From Octopus sinensis (lineage: Eukaryota): a stretch of DNA of 10,765 bases. The stretch covers positions 1-10,765 of the forward strand of contig NW_021827256.1 in NCBI RefSeq assembly GCF_006345805.1, read 5' to 3'. This document shows positions 1 to 8,519 of this stretch, in pieces. The position numbers and the translations under genes are program-made. Position 1 is the first letter of the stretch. Each line of letters opens with the position of its first letter. The notes beneath the pieces are model-generated. The model ran no database searches. It worked only from the letters and a program-made list of their open reading frames with translations, and was not told the DNA's origin.

Positions 1-1511
1 GTGCTGCAAGCTATATGTAGAGGAGTCATTCCTGCCGTCGGAATGATAGAATATATGTAGAGGGAGTTCATAATCTGAATACACAAAGCAGTCACTACCG
101 ATTCTTCGAGGAGTCCACTCTCGGATACCCTGGCGTTGACATCTGCTCCAGCATTGAGAAGATCCTCTGTGATCTCGGTCCCCTGTTCGACATGCATTGC
201 GACAGCCAAATGAATGAGATTGCAGGATAACTGAATGCTCAAAGTGGCAGTACTTTGTTCTTCATGTTTGGATCGGCATTTCTGAGTAACAAAATTCTGA
301 CCATCTCTGAGTCCCCACACAGGACTGCCTCGTACAAAGGAAGGTTCGAGCAGATCCCTGATTTGGATTAGCCCCGTAGTCCAACAAGATCTCGATAATT
401 TCACGTTGAAGGGCGTTTAGTTGCAGGGAATGAGACGTATTGAACGCAGATAAAAGTTCATTTGTGCTGGGAAACAGTCTATGCTGAAGAGGCGATTCTC
501 TGTAGTAATTCTGGAAACTGAGCAACAAAGCCGATCTGTCGTCGTCTGACAGGCGCCCCACGTCCGCCCGAAATTTGAGGAGGCGACTGACGATTTGTTT
601 ATTGCAGAGAACTGCTGCATACATCAATGCTGTCCTTCCTTGCTTGTCGCACACGTCTAAACAGATTTGTTCATTCAGCAAAGCCGAGTTGACATTCCGA
701 ATGTTATTTTCGGCACAATCCATAATAAATTGTTTCGATAATTTCTCCAACCTTCCTTCCTTCAAAAACAACTTCCGGTCCCCTCCAATTTCTCTTATTC
801 GGTAGTTTCCATAGTTAGCGTCACGGATATGACTAATAAATGAGTTCCATGAGAAATACCGAAGAACGTGACTCTGCATATTCTGAAATATGGGGGAATT
901 GTTCTCCAGTGTTACAAATTCCTTACTCAGTGAGTCCGTGTCATCAATAGAGTACTGAGATTGGAAATAGTCAGACTCGAATTCCTTAATATTGAGTGCA
1001 ATGTTGGCTCGGGTTAGACAATTCTTGTAAACAGAGGAAGGGACTCCCTCTTGTCCAGCATCACTCAGTCGGGGCTTGTGGTTTTGCTTTACCAGGCACT
1101 GAACCGTGTTAGAGATTTTGTGTGATTTGTCATATTCTAATAAATCGACTCGCAAGGGAATAGTCCCATATAATTTCATCAATTTTCCGCCAAAAAACAG
1201 ACCAACATCCTGAGTGTCGTCCTCATAACTGACGACTCCAGGACCGAAGGGAAATCCACGGAGAAACATTCCCTTTCAATATGATTTGAAGGATATACAG
1301 CATAAGATGAACCATCGACATATTTGCAGTATCCAAACCCCTCCTTTTCGTTAAAATAAAACGTTCCTTCGTAACAGTCCCCATTTTCACACGTCTCCAC
1401 TCCGCGGCCGTGTTTCTTACCACAAAATAAGCGGACAGTACTCTAACATGTAATCAAACTTTCTTACCTTTTGATTTTCGATCATTACTGTTCACTTGTG
1501 TTGGTTGCCAT
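1..1511 (-). CDS. ANKMY1: ANKMY1-like protein (N-terminal MORN repeats, then ankyrin repeats); 3' part lies outside the window
   Basis: Removing GT-AG introns 1443-1467 (25 nt), 1273-1298 (26 nt), 231-253 (23 nt) and probably 75-98 (24 nt, in frame) gives MORN repeats KKHGRGVETCENGDCYEGTFYFNEKEGFGYCKYVDGSSYAGMFLRGFPFGPGVVSYEDDTQDVGLF, which resembles the ANKMY1 motif FGPGVETYPDGSQDVGLW. Ankyrin repeats follow (GRTALMYAA, LLDYGANPN, LIHLAVA..LLNAGADVNA, GMTPLHIAC). One 1-nt frameshift lies near 345. Start is ATG 1511 (needs a 1-nt correction) or ATG 1485. Confidence 0.85.
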
Positions 1512-1821
1512 GATACAATTTTCGATTTTTAAGTCAGCAGATACGACTAGCCATTCATTATTTGAAAATTTGTACTTTATATGGCAATCCTTAAAGTGCA
1601 CGGATGACGCAAAATAAGAATTTTTGGCAAATGTCTATTTAACTAAAGAATGGTTAATTTTTAAGCTTATAAGGGGATTGGGGATATAAGGTCATTTTCT
1701 GTCGTTATTTTTTTATATTTTTGTTATAAGATATACGAGATATATGACATTTAGTTATATAATAATTAAATATGTGAATTATTTTTATTAAAAAAATAAT
1801 AAAATTTAGATACAAAATCTT
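1512..1821. promoter_or_regulatory. Short AT-rich divergent intergenic region, probable bidirectional promoter
   Basis: About 310 nt between the outward-facing starts of the ANKMY1-like (1511, minus) and RBBP6-like (1822, plus) genes; very AT-rich at 1700-1820. Function inferred from position only. Confidence 0.5.
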
Positions 1822-3571
1822 ATGGTGCGTAGTATCTATATTTCTTTATTATTTAAATCCTTAATAATATCTCATTATTTTTAGACCAGCACAATATATT
1901 ACAGATTAAAGACAGCCTCAAATTACGAAACTGTCCAATTTGAGGGTGATAGAATCTCCTTACTTGGTCTAAAAAGCATTCTTTCAAAAAGGAACAACCT
2001 CCTCCTAAAATCAGGACTTTTTGACTTGGTAGCACAAGACGAGAGAACATTAACCAGTAAACATAACTACAAGACTGTTAGAATATGAATGTGACAGTGA
2101 CCTTATATCCTCCGACTCCCGTCTCTCCATTTCCCGGATACCGTCAACACGGAAGTTGCCGACCCTTTCGAGTGACCCTCCGAGAGTATCCGTGGTTTGT
2201 ATTCTGAATGAATGTGTAGACAGCCGAGAATGTCCACAAGCCACCCATAGAGCCAGTAAAGTCGAATTTGGTGGAGAATGTGAATAAAATATATTTAAAT
2301 AACCAGCCACAGGCATTTCTGGACGAATGTGAGAAGATCAAGGCTCTGACGGAAGACCCCAAGTACGTGAATATGCACGGGAAACCTCTCCCGACTGGGA
2401 AAACTGCCTCCGAACTACATTTGTCATAGATGTGGGGAACCAGGCCATTGGATACAGAATTGTCCGAGTATAAAATAGTATTAGTTTGGCTAACGGAAGG
2501 GCCCGATGGACGTCCTCTACGGTCAGAGAACAATTACAGCCAGTAAAGCGCAGTTTTGGAATTCCCAACTCGTTTCTTCGGCCTGTGAGTGACCCCAATC
2601 AGCCGGGGCAGGCTGACGAGAGATGGACAGTATGCAGTTCTCTCATCGACGCGTACTTGGTGGTGTGTCATGTGCAGTGAGGCATATTCACGTGGAAGAG
2701 GGAGAGACCCCCCTTGTGGAGAACGAGTGCAAAGTGGAGACCAAAAAGGAACATATTCCGCCAGAGTTGTTATGTCCATTGTGTCTAAGCTTATTGACGA
2801 CGCGGTCGTGCTGCCATGCTGTCACGAACCAGTGTGTGATAAATGTGCTTGTTTGTTTGAGAAGGATTAGGCATACAGAGGCACTCTTAGTACTGATGAC
2901 CATCGTTGTCCTCTTTGTAGTCAGATGGACGTGTCACCCTGTCAATTACTCGCCAATTGTTTCTTAGAAAGAAGGTGGATGAGTACAGAAGTATGTCTGT
3001 CACTAAACGTTATCTTGATTCGATATCGTCTAATTTGCCTGTTGATGTGTAATGTATGTGTATGAAGGGTAGAGGACAGACCTCGGTCATCTCCTGTCAG
3101 TAAAATGATGAAAGGGGCAGGGGAGTCACTAAAGAGGCCGTGGACAGTTTTATACGGCAGGCCATTGATGTCTTTTCCCAGCAATGGGTATGATGTACTA
3201 CCGGAGAATGATGATGCCGTACTTTCCTCCTTTTGGAATGCCTTTAGTATGGCCGTGTGTCAAATGTGTAGATAACAAGCCTCGTCAGTTGCAAGGAAGA
3301 GTTTTATGCACTCAAGGAGTCATATCGACAACAAAACTCGAGTCCCAGTTCCACTCATTCGAAGAAAAAGAGATCGCCCAGACGACATGAGTCGAGGTTG
3401 GTGGGACATGGCATTGTAGGAGGCGTGATAAAAGTAGAAAACCAGTTGGATGATGTACGCAAGTCGGACTACAAGTCGCCCAATTCGGTCTCCACTAATG
3501 ATTCTCGGGCGAGGAAGAGTAGACATCATTCTCGGTCACATCGCAGAAGACGACGTTCTGTTTCTGATTAA
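1822..3571 (+). CDS. RBBP6: RBBP6/Mpe1-like E3 ligase and 3'-processing factor (DWNN, CCHC knuckle, RING, RS-rich tail)
   Basis: ATG 1822, then intron 1825-1884, then DWNN TSTIYYRLKTASNYETVQFEGDRISLLGLK...ISRIP. Further motifs: knuckle PPNYICHRCGEPGHWIQNCP (~2405-2466), KRSFGIPNSFLRPVSDPN, IDAEAY, RING IPPELLCPLC..DAVVLPCC..CDKC..DDHRCPLCSQMDVSP..LLAN, and tail HSRSHRRRRRSVSD-TAA (3569-3571). Candidate introns: 2057-2081, 2195-2219, 2280-2306, ~2478-2499, 2653-2677, 2845-2870, 3247-3271, 3397-3419. Several 1-nt frameshifts. Confidence 0.92.
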
Positions 3572-3579
3572 TAAATAAA
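3570..3579 (+). terminator. Overlapping AATAAA polyadenylation signals at the RBBP6 stop codon
   Basis: Sequence reads gat-TAATAAATAAAA, followed by a T-rich tract. Confidence 0.5.
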
Positions 3580-3851
3580 ATTTTGTTTTATTTCTTAATT
3601 GAATAGTCGAATTAATCAATTTTACCTATACGGACCGCAAATGGTACATGTAGAACAACGGTTTCAACCTTTTTTAGACTGGGGACCACTTTTGCACTAT
3701 AAAATTTTGTGGGGGACCACCTTAAATAAATAAACATTTTTTGGTATTAGCGCACAATTTTTGGCCTCGTCAGGGCAGGTTTAGACATGTTCGAATATTT
3801 ATTATAAAAAAAACATGAAAATTATGAAATAACAAAAAAATTTAATAGTAT

Positions 3852-4586
3852 TTAGTGAGATTTCTGATCTTGTTTTTTTCAGAATAATTTTACTTATATC
3901 AGGCCTATGTTCGACAAAGCTACTCGCATATCATCTTGTACCCGTAGTCTATTTCTATATATTTGTTTTAGAAAAGTCAGAACGACATCGCCATTTCACA
4001 GTGATAAGTAGTGGGGAATGCAAGTATTGATTCCAATGCAGTTTTACTCAAAATGAAGAAATTCTTTCGCCATCTGACACCTAACAATAAAAAGTAATTA
4101 TATGAGAATACCAAAATCTAATAATGAAGTACATTTGAAAATAATCTGAGCAGACTGATTACATTGAAGTTCAATCAAGCTCTGCTGAAAATTGAGTTCT
4201 GATATTCTTTAAATGAGGTCAAGAAAGGTTGAACGATCCAGTTTGGAATTGGGTCTTCAACAGGAAATAATCATCAATTTTGTCTTGAGATTTTCCAGAT
4301 GTTTGATTATCAGACTTAGAAGAACATCTTCCGGTGGGTTGTGTCCGAGATGATATTCAAGCATTGGGAACATTGATGTTATTCCTTTTTTTATTTTCAT
4401 TATCCACAATAATAACTTTTTTTAAAAGCCTTATTATTTGATTGACCTCGACAATTGATATATAAAGACCTTTAAGAATTTATGGCAAATCATGCATTTT
4501 GCCTTATTTCATTATTTTGGGCAATGAATTAATGAATCCAAATTGTACGTAAGAATCCGACCAAAGACAACGATTTTGTTAACCAT
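3852..4586 (-). pseudogene. Internally deleted Buster-type hAT transposase (ZBED5/FAM200-like family)
   Basis: An N-terminal BED remnant (RLWSDSYVQFGF...KCMICHK) is joined near 4472 to the C-terminal part (KAFKKKLLLW...SMFPML...WIVQPF...FW|CQM...AFPTTYHCE...YRNRLRVQDDMRVALSNI...KQDQKSH*). Candidate 31-nt intron at 4081-4111; stops and frameshifts present. Confidence 0.88.
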
Positions 4587-4667
4587 AACTAGAATGATAA
4601 ACCACGCTAATCAAATCAGATTAATTTCAATGTTTTTATTTATACTTAATGTACAATTAGTTTTAAA

Positions 4668-5795
4668 GGTACTTTTGTCGAAGTGGTCGCAGTTTTTAGG
4701 CCTTTAAAAAATCTAATAATTTTGAGGTGGAATATATTATATTTTATTTAAGTCGCTCTATCAATAATTTAAAATATTATTAAATTTTTACTAATTTATT
4801 TTCTAATTTTTTAATATTATGGCGAGCATGTACCTAATATTGATATAAAATGGCACTATAGGTCACATGGAAAATTCTGTTGTGGACTTATGCAACATCA
4901 AATTCCGACAGCTCCAATAAGTAAGGAGGATGCAGTGCATTTTCTGCAAAATGTGGATATCCTTTCAAAATCACGTATATGTCCGAAGGGACATCAGATG
5001 GAATTAGTCTTGGGACCGAAGCTCAATTGGAAATGCTCAAGAGTTGGTTGTAGAGTCCAATGTTCTATTAAAAAAGGTATAATTTCTCTCAAATAATTCT
5101 AGATACCTGGTTAGAGAATTGTAGATTGCCATTTGAGGATGTCATCGCCTACATATACTTATGGAGTTACGATAGGCATACCTTCAAATGGCTTCATCAC
5201 GAATACAATTGGGGTGAACATACATATGTCGATTGGGCTATGTTTTTACGTGAAGTCTGTGTGGACGCACTTGTTAAAAGATCTGACGGCAAAATGGTAT
5301 TATTAATGTTTATTTCAGGTGGTCCTGGTAGATTGTGGAGGTAGACGAGAGTATGTTTTCCAAACGGAAAAACAACTTGGAAGAGTTTTACCAAAACAGT
5401 GGGTCTTCGGTGGTATTTGTCGAGCCCCAAACAGTGTTTCTGCAACCAGTCGCGGATAGGAGCAGAGACACTGCTCAGTCTAGTAATTCGATATGTCGAG
5501 GTGGGAAGCATTATTTATAGTGACTGCTGGAAAGGTTAGCTATTTGATTAACATTTAGGGTATTCAACTGATCAATTGGTTGAAAACGGCTACCACACGA
5601 AACCGTTAACCATAAGTAAGGAAATATATAATTCAGAAAATTCTTTGTGGATCCAACGACGGGAGTGCACACCCAGACAGTAGAACGAATGGGGGAAGTG
5701 CAAATGCAAGAATAAGCTCAAAGAGGAGCTGTAAGAAATCATCTTGGGTCTTATTTCGCAGTTTTTTTAGTTATTTATTTTTTCAGGAAATTCCT
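4668..5795 (+). mobile_element. Merlin (IS1016/ISXO2-like) DNA transposon, 3'-truncated, nested in the hAT element
   Basis: Putative left TIR GGTACTTTTGTCGAAGTGGTCGCAG begins at 4668, where similarity to the hAT subterminal copy (5842-5890) breaks off. The transposase follows. I found no matching right TIR in the window. Confidence 0.75.
4867..5795 (+). CDS. Merlin/ISXO2-like DDE transposase with five tiny introns (frameshifted as sequenced; last few codons missing)
   Basis: Zn motif CPKGHQM..WKCSRVGC, then SIKK|DTWLENCRLP, TYVDWAMFLREVC, GGPG.IVEVDESMFSKRK, GRVLPKQWVFGGICR, IIYSDCWK|GY, HETVNHK|KFFVDPTTGVHTQTVERM.G, HLGSYFA|E. Introns 5077-5102, 5297-5318, 5535-5558, 5616-5636, 5761-5786. 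Start uncertain (4819 or 4867). Confidence 0.88.
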
Positions 5796-5959
5796 GGGGA
5801 CCACTAAAAATTTTCTGGGGACCACGATTGAGAACCGCTTGCTAATTTCAATGTTTTTGATTTTATTAATTGTACAATAGTTTAACTTTAATATATTTTA
5901 TTTTTCGAAAATTCCTGGGGCCACTAAAAATTTTCTGGGGACACGGTTGAGAACCGCTG
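5771..5959. repeat. Tandem duplication of the hAT right terminus (period ~120 nt)
   Basis: gaaattcctggggaccactaaaaattttctggggaccacgattgagaaccgcttg (5787-5841) versus gaaaattcctggggccactaaaaattttctggggacacggttgagaaccgctg (5908-5959). The spacer 5842-5890 resembles 4621-4667. Confidence 0.9.
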
Positions 5960-5969
5960 ATGTAGAATT

Positions 5970-6540
5970 TCAAAAAAAATTTTTATTATACAAATTTTTT
6001 TTATAAAATTTCAAAATTGATTGTTGACGGCTTCTGGAAATTGAAGAGAAATGTGGCGTCAGATCTTTAGGCGAGCGAAGACTGATCCCTCGAACCTGAC
6101 GGGAATTTTGCTTGCGTCCAACGATTTCGTCAAAGGAAATGTTTAAAACTGCTTCCGTACATGATTTAATGATTTTTTCATGGAAGACAAAATGTCTGGA
6201 TGCGAGTACCATGGCCGGCAGCGGAGCGTGTAGAGAAGTTTCGGCATATGCATACAGCTTTTTATGAGGAAAAAAGCGATGTGCGAGTCTAACTCCAGAG
6301 TCGCTTGTGAGGTTACAGACTTCCATGCCTTCTTCGCCAGATGGGCTTAGAGGACTTTTCCACCTCTACGTGTCAAGTTAAATAAAAAATGCATACTGCT
6401 ATCACAAAATGAGCGTGCCCCTTATGTCTCTTTCGAACTGCATCCCATCCCCCTGGTTTTCCTGAACTCTCTAAATAGCTAACTAGTTCTATGCTCATCA
6501 TTGGATGTCAACTCATTCCTCATCAAACTGTCCAGCTTCC
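5970..6540 (-). CDS. Unidentified intron-containing gene, 3' portion only
   Basis: ORF 5970-6326 extends upstream through a clean 31-nt GTATGC...CGTAG intron (6366-6396) into SSGKPGGWDAVRKRHKGHAHFVIA|RWKSPLSPSGEEGMEVCNL... AATAAA lies near 5982-5987 on the minus strand. No recognisable family; upstream boundary approximate. Confidence 0.45.
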
Positions 6541-6544
6541 GAAA

Positions 6545-7745
6545 TGAAATATGTTCCATAGCAATGTTAGCAGGAGTGGCTACGTCCATCCGCAGAATAT
6601 GGCCAAATAGCCTCCATCGTGATTTCAGGATTTCGATCGAAAGAATTTCTGAGTTGCATAATTTGTATAGTTTGTCGTTTGTGATCTTCTGCGGGTAGCG
6701 GATGTTGAGTGCTGCTCGTAATTGAGATCTATGAAAGCTGTCTAGTCTGATTTTCCAATTTTGTGAGTCCCAAATTCCACAGTTGTAGGAAAGGATTGGC
6801 AATACAAACGAGTTGTATATCCTTATTTTCGTTTTCCAGTTAGCTTCTTTTTAGTTCCCCATAGAGACATAAGCTTTCTAAAGGCTCCATTTGAAAGGAT
6901 TTTCCTTCGGGTAACATCCTCTGTGTCTCCCAGGAGTGTTCCCAACTTTTGTGCCTTCTCCATGATTCGTCAATGCGTCTTTCCGATCGTCTTAAGGATA
7001 TATTTCGGTTTTTTCGGTGTTCACAGTGAGAAATCGGGTAAATGTTTCCGTTTTTGTCTTTCTTGCTCCTGTCCAGGTAGTTTTATGCCTTGCTCGGTGG
7101 TCGAAGGCGGTGTTCGATATGAAAAGGTCAAATGCCGAACAGATTGAATTAAGGACTCTCCGCAGAGTTTCTGCGATTTCTCCCATGCGACCCAATGCAG
7201 GTCTCTCCAAACCGGGCTCTCCCTGCTCTGGCGTTCCAATCGCCAGCAATAAGATTAAATGACGACAGGGAGTTGTCTCCATAAGGGTGAATAAAATTCG
7301 TCCAGCTCTTCAGGATTGCAGTTGACTCTCGCTCCCGTTGGCGCATATATGTTGATAATTGATATAATAGAGTTAGGTTTGTCTCCAAACTTCATCTGCA
7401 TAACTGCCACACGGTCAGAAACCGCCCAGTTCTAGTCACCAAATTGTACAGATGACGGTGTACTGCAAACCCCAGACCATAGTGTCGACAAGTGCATGGT
7501 AGGGTAATAATATAAAAATTGCTGCCAGTGTGATGTTTTCCTCAGTCGTCTTCGTCTCTTGGAGACAGCAGACACTGACATGGTGATTCCAGAGATCCCG
7601 TGCAAGTTGGTGCTGTTTGAGAGTGGATTTCAGTCCTCTTGTGTTAAAGCTCCCAAGTGAAAACGTGGGGGACGTCGTGAAAGTTGTAAAACGCGAAAAA
7701 GACATATCCGTAATCAGACAGAGGTACATCACCACCTCAACCACG
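6545..7745 (-). mobile_element. RTE-like non-LTR retrotransposon remnant, internally deleted
   Basis: APE endonuclease motifs LGSFNTRGL, VCCLQETK, INIYAP, AGDWNARAG, LFISNTAFDHRARHKTTW are fused near 7030 to post-RT motifs LTVNTEKTE, KLGTLLGD, KIRIYNSFVLPILSYNCGIW, LDSFHRSQLR, SRWRLFGHILRM. The RT core is absent. Confidence 0.85.
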
Positions 7746-7894
7746 TAATTGGTAATCCTTTTGAAAAGTTAATGGAGCTTTTGAAAAAATTATGTTGTTC
7801 AATAAACTTGTTTCTAAAGCATATAGTTTTATTTATAAATTTGATTTTTAGGTTTACATTATTTTAATGTTTTCGCGAATGTTGACATGTGTAA

Positions 7895-8445
7895 ATTTGG
7901 GGGCGTTTGTTTAATGTGATCCGAAATTACTCCCGTCGCCTCGTATGTCCCCGCCTAAGTTCCGAATTTGCTCCTATCAACTCGGAGTGGAGTCGCCAAC
8001 GGTTGCGAGGCTGCGGTTCACGCAGTCAGAAGTCTTTTCCTTTCTACAGCACACTTAAGTCCTCCTACGCAGCTGTGAAACTCGATTTTCGCAACGAATT
8101 CAACAGTGTGAAGGGAGACTGTATCCCCGAGGCTTGCCTCAAAAGGGCTCCGGAAATCGCCCATTTGGTTTTCCTATCACACGGCGAAGAGAGCACGTTC
8201 ATCTTTGGTAATGAAATAGTCCACTCCCAGACAGGAGTTCAGCAGTGAGACCCGCTCGGGCCCCTCCTCTTTGCATTTGCAATCGATGATGCACTCTGTT
8301 AAATCTTCGTTCAATCTATGGTAATTAGATGATGCCTCGGTTGTGAATCTATCGAGGATATATCCACCAACCTCTTACACCTAATTCCTGCCCACGAACA
8401 CCTTAGGCTTAAAGTAAATGAAGAAAAATGTGAGCTCATAAATGT
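7895..8445 (+). mobile_element. CRE-clade non-LTR retrotransposon reverse-transcriptase fragment (degenerate)
   Basis: QLGVGVANGCEAAVHAVR, VKLDFRNEFNSV, GVQQ*DPLGPLLFAFAID, W*LDD (YLDD with a stop, ~8319-8333), LKVNEEKCELI. Confidence 0.85.
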
Positions 8446-8519
8446 CAACTACCCGCTGGCAAATTTTTCGATTCAAAAATCAAAGGGTACATTGTCGTAT
8501 AAAATGTTGTTTTTATTCT

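Larger units (their letters stand above)
3656..5959 (-). mobile_element. Non-autonomous hAT DNA transposon, Buster/Charlie family
   Basis: Left TIR CAACGGTT-TCAACC (from 3656) matches the right TIR reverse complement CAGCGGTTCTCAACC (ends 5959). Identical 8-bp TSD ATGTAGAA at 3648-3655 and 5960-5967 has the central TA typical of Buster elements. Subterminal GGGGACCAC motifs at 3681, 3712, 5796 and 5817, with variants near 5917 and 5937. Confidence 0.92.

Noticed and set aside
1853-3529. Several minus-strand ORFs of 65-129 aa in the ORF track
   Set aside because: They are antisense shadows of RBBP6 exons with no recognisable motifs.
4867-5795. Bacterial IS1595/ISXO2 contamination or recent horizontal transfer
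   Set aside because: The gene has spliceosomal introns matching those of the neighbouring host genes.
5787-5959. Direct repeats with a spacer, superficially CRISPR-like
   Set aside because: Only two copies; they are the hAT terminus with its TIR, in a eukaryotic context with no cas genes.
7750-7890. AT-rich spacer with a repeated CTTTTGAAAA decamer
   Set aside because: Two short copies in low-complexity DNA; no TIR pair or TSD found.
8240-8335. Stop-codon reassignment (TGA for Gly in QQGD, TAA for Tyr in YLDD)
   Set aside because: These are single substitutions in a decayed retroelement; host exons show no in-frame stops once introns and indels are accounted for.
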